Below are positions 1 through 11,600 of a stretch of 64,000 nt of DNA, piece by piece. The notes beneath the pieces are model-generated. The model had not been told where the DNA came from and ran no database searches. It was given only the letters and a program-made list of their open reading frames with translations. Within the stretch, counting starts at the first letter, position 1, and the number at the start of each line of letters is the position of its first letter. The stretch lies in contig NC_067399.1 of assembly GCF_016432865.1 (NCBI RefSeq), forward strand, positions 581,498,001 to 581,562,000. The letters run 5' to 3'. Source of the DNA: Antechinus flavipes (taxonomy: Eukaryota). A program made the translations under genes and the position numbers.

Positions 1-699
1 TGGGACTCCTATAAAAGCAAAAACCAAAAACATAATGTGAATATACATACTAATTTAAAGGCAAACATGTTAAGCACTTGATTCCATAATCTTCACTAGA
101 AAAAGAACATAAACAGAAATTGAGAATTTAATAAACACTTAACTAAACATCTAATGTGAACATAACATTCTGTTAGCTACTCTTTTTCTAGGAAAGATAC
201 AACATAATATCTGCCCTTATAAAATTTAAGGTCCATTGAGAAGATATGATACATATAATTAAAAATACATAAATGCATGAGAAATGCAAGCTATGCTAGA
301 TAAGCTTTGGAAGAAAAAGTGGGTGTGAAGGTCAACACAAACTGGGAAGGTAGGGGAGGTCAGCCTCATGCAGAGGGTGTTATTTGAATTGTATTGGAAA
401 GTAGAGAGATGGAGTGTCCCAAAAAAGGAACGTATTTATTTTACCCAACAAAATGTAAAATGCCTATCCTTTGCAATTAATGCACATTAAAATATAAGTG
501 CCTCAGATACTTTATCATTCATTCACTGTTACTATGCAAACATTCAGGAGATTATTTACTTGAGAAAAGGAAACACACAATCCAAACTATGACTTAAACT
601 GTATGTTCTAAGGACATCAGTTTTATAACAATTAAAAACTAATTTAAAACTTGTGCAGAAAACTAAGTTTAACAATGGTAAAGAGCAAAAATATGCTTA

Positions 700-830
700 A
701 AAATTTTAATAGTATTTTATTTAAATAATATTTATTATTATATAATAGTATTTAAATATTTAGTATTTTATTTAATAGTATTTATCATAAATAGTACATA
801 TTTATGTAAAGATAGTTTAACATTCATTTT
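700..830. repeat. AT-rich degenerate tandem repeat
   Basis: Repeated aatagtattt/tatttaaata units. Confidence 0.6.
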
Positions 831-832
831 TA

Positions 833-1110
833 TAAGACTGTGTTCCAAATTTTTCTCCCTCCCTCCTTTACCTTCCCTTTCCCCAAGATATCCAGCAATC
901 TGATATAGACATTTCCAAATTTGTCATGTTGTGCAAGAAAAACCAGATCAAAAGGAAAAAAATGAGAAAAAAAACAACAAAAAGGTAAAAATACAAGGCT
1001 TCTATAAACATTTAGTTTCCATAATTCTCTCTGGATATGGTTGGCATTTTCCATCCCTAGTTTCTTGGAATTGCCTTGAATCGCTGCATTGTTGAAAAGA
1101 ACCAGATGTG
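833..1110 (-). mobile_element. L1 3'UTR fragment
   Basis: Reverse-complement marsupial L1 tail (ctccctccctcc...caagat...atctgatatag...ggatatgg...ggaattg); boundaries approximate. Confidence 0.6.
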
Positions 1111-1391
1111 CTTAAAATTTTAAGACTACTACTTTTCCAAATATGTAAGGTAAAATTCAAATTCCTCAATCCCTTAAAAATAACCAGAATAATGTGAAAA
1201 TTACTCTCAAAAACAGTAATATCCTTTTTTTTATTATTATTATTTTAGGCAGTTTTCATAGGCAACATGGCCTATCAATAGACTTTAAACTCCAGAAACC
1301 CTACTCCAAGCAAAGAACTCAACAACCAAAATGTGGAATTTGTGCTGCTCAGAGACAAGTGCTTTCACATACCATGCCAATATCTTACCAT

Positions 1392-1481
1392 TTATGTTTC
1401 TTTTACAGCTGGAGTTTTTTTAGATCTTGTCTTGAAGTAAAGTATGAGCAAAGCGATTCCTCCATAAGTGGCCAGTACATA
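1392..1481 (-). CDS. ATP5MK: ATP5MK (USMG5/DAPIT) coding exon 2, aa 30-58 plus stop
   Basis: Minus strand reads ttcag|TAT GTA CTG...GAA ACA TAA ATG|gtaaga = YVLATYGGIALLILYFKTRSKKTPAVKET*. This matches the human DAPIT C-terminal TM helix and KKTPAVK tail. The exon spans 1389-1481. Confidence 0.97.
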   Translation of the reverse strand, partial: YVLATYGGIALLILYFKTRSKKTPAVKET

Positions 1482-1566
1482 CTGAATAAAATCAACCAGA
1501 AAAGCAAAGTTACATCAAAATTAATTTAAGATAGGTTTGCCCAAAGAATCACCACTTAGTACTTAC

Positions 1567-1653
1567 ATTCTTTCTGCCAGTAAGGGTGTATGAATTGAAG
1601 TATTTCTTAAAACCAGTGAACTGATACTGACTGTCAGATTCTGGACCTGCCAT
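1567..1653 (-). CDS. ATP5MK: ATP5MK coding exon 1, aa 1-29
   Basis: tatttag|GATTTCAATT ATG...AAT|gtaagt = MAGPESDSQYQFTGFKKYFNSYTLTGRKN. Donor falls after c.87 as in human; an 85-nt intron leads to the next exon. The exon spans 1567-1663. Confidence 0.97.
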
Positions 1654-2214
1654 AATTGAAATCCTAAATATGAAGAAAAATCCAACTATTAATTGGTTTG
1701 GCTACAATCTGAATTGAGAAAACAAATTACATTTTTTGCAATGTAACTTAATACAACAACTAACTGAACAGCTACCTTCCTCCTTTCTGGTACTGGACTT
1801 CTTGATAACAATAGCTAACGTTTACAGTTTGCAAAACAGTATAAATTAGAAAGTTGGCTGATAGTTAAATGACTTGTCTCTGATGAAGGAGGATTTGATT
1901 ACTTGTCCTGCTGGTTCCAAATGCAGCCCTTTATCCATTGCTGCCTCACTTTACCCATCATCTGAAGTTCTAGCATTGGTGTACCTAAGACATCTACTTC
2001 TTTTGGGTAGAGAAGGGAAAACATTACAACCCAAATAATGAGAGCTTATAGTATATTTATATATAAGGCATTTTACATCTCATATTTATATATAACTTTT
2101 TGCATATTTTGCTTTTGCTTTTTAAGATAGTCAAGTACTCAGATATTTTACTTAATTGAGTGTGATTCTGGGCAAGTAAGTGGAGATAATTGCACCTACC
2201 TACCTGCCTGTTAA

Positions 2215-2415
2215 GTTAGTTGGTACAGTAAATAGAGCACCAACTTTGGAGTCAGGACCTGAATTCAAACCTGACTTCAAATATTTACAAGCTGTGTGAC
2301 CCTGGACAACGGTTTGTCTTGCAAAATGAGTTGGAGAAAGAAATGGTAAATTATTCCAATATCTTTGCCAAGAAAACTCCAAATGAAGTCACAAGGAATA
2401 GGACTCGATTGAACA
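2215..2415 (+). mobile_element. Mar1/MIR-type CORE-SINE with RTE-like tail
   Basis: tRNA-like head (ggagtcagg..ttcaaac), core, and tail atctttgccaagaaaactcc. Confidence 0.7.
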
Positions 2416-3928
2416 GGACTGTTATAAAAATTAAGTGGTAACTTTGTATAGTTAATTACAAAACATTTTTATAGTTATTTTATGTTTGATGAAACAAAGT
2501 TAATATAATTTGTTCAAAGTCAAAAGTTTATAAATGACAAGAGTGGGACTAAAACATGGATTTTCTGCCTGCAAATAGAAGGCTCTTGTCAAAGCACCGC
2601 TATAATTTGCCTTTAAATCAATGTAGCAAGAAAATAAGATGAAGTTTCTAACCCTGCTCCTGCTAGAGATTTTAGGATAACTGTACAATCTGGTAAACAA
2701 ACTGTTAAAATCTATTATAGATTGTACAATGTTTCCAAGTTGTTGGAGACTGAATCTATTGATATATTGTATTTTCCTTTGGATATTTAATTTTCTATTG
2801 CTGTGCTGGGGATTTTGTTAAGGTTAAAGATTCTGGGGATAACATTGTTTCCTCCAGCTCTAAACCTACAGCCATGTGGAATCTTTTCTTATCTTTTTAC
2901 TGTAGACTTGTTTTGTAGTTTCTCAAATAGAATTCTTAGGGCACTGGAAACCCAGATTACATTTTTGAACTTTCCAAAGCAAAGACAGGAACTGGACCTG
3001 TAATTCCATTGATAAATGGAATTCTCAAGCGGAGAAACTTCCTCTACCAATGCAGGTCGTCACCACCCTTTTAATTTATAATGTTCGACAACCTAGAGCC
3101 TGCCCAGGGTCAGGCTGAAGGATGTGTCAGAGGCAGACCTTGACCCCGGCTATTCCCAATGTCAGGGACCAGTTTTCCAGACTCTCCCGCTAGGCTGTCT
3201 CTCATGTTCTCCAAAATACCTCGCCCGTAGTACCACCATCTGCCTTACGGATTTTCATTTTCTTTCCCAGTTCTCTATACTCAGTCCAGCCTTAAGTGCC
3301 TGGTTTTGGAGAAAATTCTAAGAGACAAACATGAGCGAGTGGCCAGACTCCCAAACGTGGAAATCCTGTTTGCTCCTAGACTCCTATTCCCTCCTTGGCC
3401 TCCAACTTTCTCTTCTTCGGCACCAAAGGTAGCCCAGCCTGACCACTCGACACGTGACCCAGGACTCGTTTCTTCCCCCTTCCTCCCTATCAAGAGCCCA
3501 CTGTTTTTCTGGATTACAGATCACTTAGTTCTAGGGTCCCCCTAGTTCTGACACCTGGCAGACTCTTAGTCCTCATTCTTTTCTCTTCTTCATTGCTCCA
3601 ATTCCTAGGGCTTCCCCTCCCCCCGCTTCCCCGGCCCTCTCTCCCCCTTTTTTGGTTGCTCTAATAAAAAAAAAGCTGGGGGTGGGGAAGAAGAGGGGTG
3701 CATGTTTCTGTAAACACGGTAGGGAACCAGCTTTACAATGAGTCCTTTCTTCGTCCTCACTCTCCTCTAAACCTCCTCCCGCCCGCCGGTCTTGGCCTCC
3801 GTCGCGCGACGGACTATCAGCCATCAAATCATTAACGCAGACTTCGCAGTACAATGGACTCTTGACTCACCGTGTGAAGTGCCCGGAAAAAGAAGTTAGG
3901 GATCCGGGATCGTCCGCAATTAACTCAC

Positions 3929-4000
3929 CCTACAGATGTATACGCTGCAGCCACTGCCCTTCACTGTCCGCTGCCACAGCCCCTTCCCCAACCCCGACCC
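3929..4000 (-). other. ATP5MK: ATP5MK non-coding first exon (5' end approximate)
   Basis: Minus-strand GTGAGT donors at 3923-3928 and 3865-3870, at the edge of the CpG island. The TSS cannot be determined from sequence. Confidence 0.65.
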
Positions 4001-4189
4001 GGAAGAGCTTGCCTCATCGTCCGCTAATAGGACCAGAGAAATTCAATTCTCGTCGTCGATTGGTTGAAGTTAGAACGCCTTTCTCCATCCGTTGTTGATT
4101 TCCTGCCCCCTCTTCCCTCGCCCCCTCCCACTTCCGTCAGCGCGCTCCCCTTTACCAGAGAGCGAGCGGAAGTAATTTCAGACGGCCAG

Positions 4190-4335
4190 ATTTGCTTCCG
4201 GAAGTGCTTTCTTGGACGCGCTGATCCACGTGGGGCCGAGCTAAAAAGCCGTAGCTAGGGAGAAGTTCTCCCTGGGCCTCCCCCTTCTGGCCTCTGTTCC
4301 CCGGCCCACCGTTCGGACGCCGGCTCCCGGGACAG
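4190..4335 (+). other. PDCD11: PDCD11 non-coding exon 1 (5' end approximate)
   Basis: Consensus donor CAG|GTAAGT at 4335/4336 inside the CpG island, upstream of the ATG exon. Confidence 0.8.
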
Positions 4336-4842
4336 GTAAGTGAAATCCAGATCCCCGCCCAACTTCCAGCCTTTAACGTGACTCTCCCCCGGGCCTCAGT
4401 CTTCTCCTTTGCCGACGGAGGGGTTGGACCAGATCCGGACATCTTAACGCGCATCGGTCTGTGGACTTTTTAAATAATGCATTTCGATAATGATCTCAGC
4501 GTGATTTCTGTAATCTTGCATAGTTATTTTGTGTATTTAAAGCCATCCCTCAGAGAGAGGGTCCATGGATTTCATTTACCAGCCTGCTGAGAGTACTCAG
4601 GATATTAAAAAATCCCTACATTGGCCGATTTTTCAAAAGTATCTGAAAGCACTCATCTCTCTGGGCAAATTGATACTGCTGAGGGTCCCACCTAGAAGTC
4701 CCAGGGGTGCTGCTGTTCTGTGGCGCTCCGAGTTAGGTCCTCCTTGACCCCGCCCCTCTTTCTCCTCCTCCCCCTCACCCCCCCCATCCAGGCATAACGG
4801 TAATAGACCACATGATCTGGTCCTTTATAAATTTCAAAGTAG

Positions 4843-5035
4843 CCAGAAAGAACCCTGGTCCTGGAGTCAGGAAGACCCAAATCTGGCCTAAGACACTTCC
4901 TAGCGGGGTGACCCTGGGCAAGATCCTTAATTTGTAATTACCACCAAAGGATTTGCTGGAGAAGGAAACGGCAAAACATTCTTTGCCAAGAAAACCTCAT
5001 GGTGGTGGAGTCTCATAGTCAGACATGCCTGAGCT
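4843..5035 (+). mobile_element. Mar1/MIR-type SINE
   Basis: ggagtcaggaagacc...gtgaccctgggcaag...ctggagaaggaaacggc...ctttgccaagaaaacc. Confidence 0.7.
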
Positions 5036-5517
5036 ACAAATCTTAGAGCCCAACCTCTCTATGAGGGAGCCAGGGCAAGCCTTTTTGTCTCTATTTTACA
5101 GATGAGGAAAGAATAATATACTATTACAGTGCTTCTTTCTTCAGTCTTGGTAGTCATAGGAGGAGCATTTGACTCTTCTGAAGAGAGATTTTCGGTTGAG
5201 AAGTCCAGAAAGAACTGACCACATAAGTGAGCCAGCCTATCGCTGTACCCAGCTTCCCTGGGACAACCTTTTATTTTCTGACAGTATTTTCTTGTTAAAG
5301 TGGTAGTAGCATTGACAGCTCTTTGGAAATGAGGGTTTTGAGGGGTGTTGGGGATCAAGTAGCAGCACTTCTGTTTTCCATTTAAAGTTTTCAGTATTGG
5401 GTTGTTTAGGGGTTGGGATCTAAAGACTTGGCTATTCTTTCCTTGGCCCAGTGATGCTCAAGAAACTCATTATATGTCACTAAAATTTACTGTGCTTTTT
5501 TTCTTTAAGAGACTAAC

Positions 5518-5619
5518 ATGGCATCCCAGGAAGACAGCTTCCCTCGAGGGGGTTCAAAAAAGAAAGCTCATCCAGAAAAAACTCCCCAGCAGCCAATTGA
5601 ACATGATAATTTATTTGAT
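5518..5619 (+). CDS. PDCD11: PDCD11 exon 2 (start codon)
   Basis: [34 protein letters not shown]|gtaagt; 102 nt. Confidence 0.95.
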
Positions 5620-8600
5620 GTAAGTTGGGTGCTTGTGTGGCCAGAAATGCCTAGGCAGTGACAGTTTGACTCTAGAATTCTTAAGAAAACTGAACTTTAG
5701 ATCACTTTCTAAATTGTGTGTATGTAAAAAGAACACCCTGAATCACATTACTCATAGGTTCAGGATTTGTCTCATATCTTAGTTTTCAGATATTTGTGAT
5801 TCTGGATGTAAGACATCTTGGTAGTCTTGGTGAAGAAGAGGGATAAAGTGAAATGAGACTTAAGCTGTCTTTGAGTTAGGTTCAGGGGAAACTTGAGGTA
5901 AATAAAGCTAGATGTAAAGCTAGTGTTACATAGTCCAATCTGTGCCTATTGTACGTTCTTGCCTAAGACTGTTCACTCTTCAATCCAGTTTATACACAAA
6001 GCCACTTTCCTAAAGTGTAATTTCGATCATGTCATTCTCCTTCCTATTACCTGCAAGATCAAATAGGAGGTACTCTGGATATTAATGTCCTTCACAACCT
6101 GACCCTTCACAATCTACCTTTCATCCTTATCATACATTGAATGTTCTTTTTCTCTTAATTATCCAACTTGTTATTCTTCTCAGGGCACTCCCTCTCCTGA
6201 CTGTGGCTGTTTCCCCCTCCCCCATACCTAGAATTCTCATTCTCCTAACCCCCAATTCATAGAATTCTTTCTTTACTTCAAAATTCTACCCAAATGCTAC
6301 GGTTTACATGATTTTTTGATGCCTTCTACTGCCCATTTTTCCTTTTTTTTTTTGGGGGGGGTATGTTTCACATATATATGTGCACATAAAATTGTACAAA
6401 AAAATTCCCATGTGTAATAGAGGGTCTGATATACAGCAATAGGCACATAAAATTTTTTTTTGGAAGGATTGATAGTATAATTCTAGATTTCAGTTATTCA
6501 TTTCACAGATTTTTCTTGAATGTCTTTGTGCTTGACAGCATAGAGCTGGGAAATGATCCTGCCATTAAGCACCATAGTCCAATAGGAAATAAAATATATA
6601 ACAAGTTAGCTGTGATATGAGGCAGACTAAGGAAAGTGCCATAAGGATGATAGAGAGAAGACAGAATAAGTCTTCTGACAGACGGGCCAAGTGAATCTCT
6701 AGGCAGAGACGTAAGACAAATGTTTGGCCTGTAGTTTCCAGTACATAAGGGGGTAGGAAATGGGAAGAAGTAAAGAAGGAATACAGGTTGAAACCAGATG
6801 ATAAGAGTAGACTTAATCTTGGAAGGAATGGAGAACCCCTGGGCATCTTTGAACCAGGGAAAGATGTGAGGAGCACAAGCTTCAGAAAAGTAGGAAAGAC
6901 CACATGATGTGTGGGCAAGGAGAGCCTGTGCCTAAAATTCAAGAATTAGGGCAGCAAATGAGCTGCCATTGGAGTGGGAAGAGTTGGGAATTGCCTTCTG
7001 TTCTCTTTTCATTACTTCTCTGGGTCTTGATGGATTTCTTCTAGGTTCCTACTGAGGAAGGATCCCGAAAAAGGAAAAGAAGCCAAGAACAAGGTGCTAA
7101 AAATAAAAGGTCAAAAGCAGAAAAAAAGGGGTCCAGCAGACCTGAAGTAGAGTCGTGTGGAATCCTCAGCATTGAGGTGTGTTGGCAGTGACTGGCAGGT
7201 GGGCTTCCTGAACTCTTAGGTTACTGCCCTTGCCAGTAGTACCAGTTGTTTCTGTAGTGTTGCTACCCAAAATTGAGTAATGTTAACCTAGTAAGGTTTA
7301 TGAAGCAAACAGAGCAGTCCTTGACCTGTTTCATGCACCAAAGCACCAGGGTTTTTTGGTGAAGTCATAGAATGTCAGAGAAGGAAAGAACTTTAGAAGT
7401 CATCAAGTCCAGTTACTTTTTTTTTTTTTTTTAAACCAGTGGGGAAACAGATTCGTAGAAGGGAAGTCACTTAACCCAGGGTCACTACTGGGCTAAATAA
7501 AGTCTCCAGATCCAGTGTTGTATATAATCCTATCTCCACCCTACTACCACCATAATGATTCACTATCTGTTTTTCCAGGCTCTAACTGAGGGAATGCGGC
7601 TCCTGGGATGCGTGAAAGAGATAAACAATCTGGAGCTTGTGATCAGTCTGCCTAATGGCCTCTGGGGATATGTGCAAGCAACTAATATCTCTGATGCCTA
7701 TACCAAGAAACTGAATGAACAGTTGGATCAGGAGGAGCCCCTGGAGGTAAGGGGGGGAACCCCAGATGTGGGACTTTGTGGATAAGGGGGAAATGAACAG
7801 CACTTCCTCTTTCTAGGCCTGGGTTGGTTGGGAATGGATAGAGTCTCTGGATGCAGGCTGCTCTCTGAATTGTAATTCAAAATTCTTCTTTGGTTAAGAA
7901 AGAGAATTCAGGGCAAAGGAATAATAGTAATAATCTCTCATATCTGCTTTCATTGTCAAAGTGACCAATTGTGAGTTCTGAAGTCTTTATGCTAATTATG
8001 ATTATCATGTAAATTAGTTTGGGATTCTGATTTTATTCTGTATCAGTTCATATAAGTCAACTAGCTAGTCAACAGGCATTTATATAGTCCTTTTTACATG
8101 CCATACACCATGCTAAGAACTAGACCCAGAAGAGGCCAAAATTTCAGTCCCTGCCCATTTTCCCTTAGCTGCTCCAATATTTGCCAATCTGCTGGTTGTA
8201 AGGTGAAACCTTACAGTTGATTTAATTTGCGTTTCTCTTTATTGTTTCCTATTTGGAGAGTTGTTTCACCTTTCAGTGAATAGTTTGCCTTTCTTCATTT
8301 GAAATGTTGCTAGTGAATAAGCACTAAGTGAGCACTTTACATTGCCCTCTTGGGGGATCAGCTAATGTAACTTATCTGTGATATATTTACTTGCCCATTC
8401 GGTGATGCTGTTGGAGAATATGATACAGATATGCATCTTGCAAGATGAACAACTTACAGGCTTATCTTGAGCTCAGGAGAGAAGGCAGGCCCAAGTTAGG
8501 GCTTCCTAACTTGGTTCAGAATGTCTCTCTGGTCTTCGTTGTGTAGGACCTGGCTCCTTTGTCTGAGTTATTCCCGCCAGGATTGCTGGTGCGCTGTGTT

Positions 8601-11600
8601 GTCAGCAGCCTCACATCTGCCTCAAAGAAGAAAAGCATCAAGCTGTCCCTGAACCCCAAGGATGTCAACAGGGTGCTCAGCCCTGCGTCCCTGAAGCCAG
8701 GCATGGTATGTGGCCTGGGACCTTCCCTGTGCCCTGCACGAGTGTAATGAGAGTAGAGGCTGGGGGGAGCGGCTGACCCTGGCTGCACATGGGCTTGTCT
8801 TTTCTCGTAGCTGCTCACAGGCACAGTACACAGTGTGGAAGACCATGGTTACCTGGTGGACATTGGTGTGACGGGGACCAAAGCCTTCCTGCCTTGGCAG
8901 AAAGAGCAGGAGTACGTCAAACAGAAGAATAAAGGTGAGGGGGGACTCTGGGGTGTGTGCCGCTTCTGTGTGTTTAGCTGCCCTTTATATATATTTTCAT
9001 ATCTATGTATATATATGCACACACACACATATATCCATCCACTTTACATTTAGCCCCATTTTTAAAGATTACTTGTTTAAAACAGGCTGCATAGGAACCC
9101 ATTATAGAAATTCTGTAAAGGCTGTTTGACAGCTGCTACTAGCTGATCTCATAGGTTGACATTGGGTGAAGGTGAAGACTGTTTTACTGAACAGATGGGA
9201 AGAAAGACATTAGCAGGGTCTTATCCAGGTCCGCTGGAATGTGGAGCTTATTCATCTATTTGGATGCATCCATTCATCATCCCTTTATTAAATACTTACT
9301 GTGGGTAAAGCACTGTCCTAGGGGCTGCTTTCTTCTACATGTCCAGACCATCCAGAGGCTGGAGGATGAAGGGAATGCTAATGGACCTTATAGGCTAGCA
9401 ATGCAAGATATATGGTATTGCACAACAGCCAGAGACAATTGGAATTTGATAAGAGCACTCTGATAAAGATTTGGTGCCATGTGAGGTCAAGGGAGCTAAT
9501 TTGGGACTGCAAGAATTGGGGAAAGGTTTGCAGGTGAGATAGCATTTGAGCCAGAGCTTGGAGAATGTAAAAGCTCTTAAATAGAAAGGTGCGCATTGTT
9601 TGGTGTTCCTACTGAGATGTCCTTTATTTGAGTTTTCACTCATTTGGCCTTCTGTGAGGACTTTCAATTGTGATTTCAGCTTTTGGCCTCATTTTAATGA
9701 GGCAGTTTTTAATTATAAACTCGCCCCTAGGAAATTCCTAAGTGTAAATGAAATCCATCGTGAATATGGGATTTTTAAAGGTATCTGCTGTCCCAGCACT
9801 GTGCCCAATACAGAGAGTATCCTTGATAAATGTTGCTTAATTGATTGAGTGGAAATAAACTTGCTACCAGGAAGTAAATCTGGGATAGTAACTGGGTCCT
9901 GGAAAGTAGATTTTTCTGGCAAAAGAATAACTCCTTCAAGGGCTAACTTGGGCCCAAGAGAACAGACTCTTGTCACAGGGAAAATGCTTCTCTTTAAGTA
10001 TTACTTTTCACTTTCAGGTACTAAGCTGCGTGTGGGCCAGTATCTGAACTGCCTCATTGAAGAAGTAAAAGGCAATGGGGGGAGTGTCCTTCTGTCCACT
10101 ATACAGTCTGTGGTTTCTGCGGCCATTGCTACAGAGGAACAAAACTGGACTTTGGATAACCTATTACCAGGATTGGTGGTTAAAGCTCAAGTGCAGAAGG
10201 TAAGCTACAAGATGCCAGTTAAACCAAAGCTGATCAAATCCCCACATAGGATTGCTTAATCAGGCTACTAGTCCTGGATAATTTACTTTCCTAGGTGAGC
10301 ATTGCTGTTCCTAAGCACTTGCTGTGATTGTATAGCAAAGTTCATCCCCTCCATTAGACTGGGAGCTCTCTTAAAGTGGGACTGAATCTTCCTCATTTGA
10401 ACAAGAGCCTCCTAGAGCATCTTCCCCATTGGATCCTGGTAATGGGTGGCACTTACAGCACAAGGAGAGGATCAGTGTTTAGATGTTGTGCTCACATTGC
10501 TACCTTCAGGAGTGAAGATGCAGCCTAGAAGGGGCAAGTCATTGAACTTTGTAGCCTCAGTTTCCTTCTCTGTGAAATGAGAAAATTGAACTTGATACTC
10601 TTTTAGGGAATTTCCAGCTCTTAGTATAGAAAACTCTAAAATAGGAGAGAAATCTATTGTTGGGGCAGAGTGTGATTATTCAGATCTTATAGTAGGGACT
10701 CTAAATCTGTAATCTGTGGACTTGAGGGTGTTTTTTAAAAATACTTTAATAACTATTTCAGTATAATTGGTTTCTTTTCTATTTTCATTTAAAAACATTT
10801 CTGAGAAGGGGCTTCACTGGACTATCCAAAGGATCAGTGACACAAAAGTAAAAACTTTTTTGGGAGAGAGATTGGCCTCTAGAACAGGACTTGTTAAACT
10901 TTTTCCACTCGTGATCCCTTTTTGTCCAAGAAATTTTCATGATTTTCGGTATATAGGTTCATAAATTAGGTGTACAAATTAAACATTTACTGATAATAAA
11001 TCATAACTTCACAACCACCACATTTAGTTTTGAATCACACTTTAAGAAGCTGGGCTATAGAAGATGTAGTTAATAGCTTTTATTTATTAAGAAAAGAAAA
11101 ATCTCATTATCAAGATCTGTATGTCCCACCCCTTACTGAACTCTTCCTTTGGGAGGATTTTGGGAAGATGTTGGTGTATGTTAGCAAATTTCAAGCTCTT
11201 CAGGTTTCCCCCCCAAACAGAACAAATTTGTGCCTCAGGACGAACATAGACTGGTGAAAGATAAAAACTTGGGGCAGAATAGGGATCTTCCTGATATAGC
11301 CCAAGATCTGAAAAAAGATCCCCGGCTGGGATTTACCAGAACCCATGTGAAGTGCAAACACCTTCCTCCAGCTAGTTCCACAGAAACATCAAATGGGGAC
11401 CCCTGGGGCTAGTTGGATGTGGCTGGAACCTCAGCCGGAACCACAGAGACTTTGATCTCACAGACAGGTTAAAGAGCCTAGGGTCTGCATTTTGGGAAGA
11501 CTGAGTGAACCTTGGCTGATTAGGAATGTCAAACCCAGCTGTGCTACTGAGACTGGGCCCTGGGCAAGAAGGAACCAGCACATCGGTGAGTGCAGAGACA

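Larger units (their letters stand above)
3740..4460. promoter_or_regulatory. CpG-island bidirectional promoter for ATP5MK and PDCD11
   Basis: CpG-dense relative to the flanks, no TATA box seen. ETS/GABP cores ACTTCCG 4130-4136, CGGAAGT 4167-4173 and palindromic CTTCCGGAAG 4195-4204; E-box CCACGTGG near 4227. Divergent first-exon donors at 3928 (-) and 4336 (+). Confidence 0.85.

Noticed and set aside
1-830. Expected TAF5 3' end and ATP5MK terminal exon
   Set aside because: No TAF5 coding sequence seen. Several minus-strand acceptor/AATAAA pairs (e.g. 435-440) are possible but none can be chosen.
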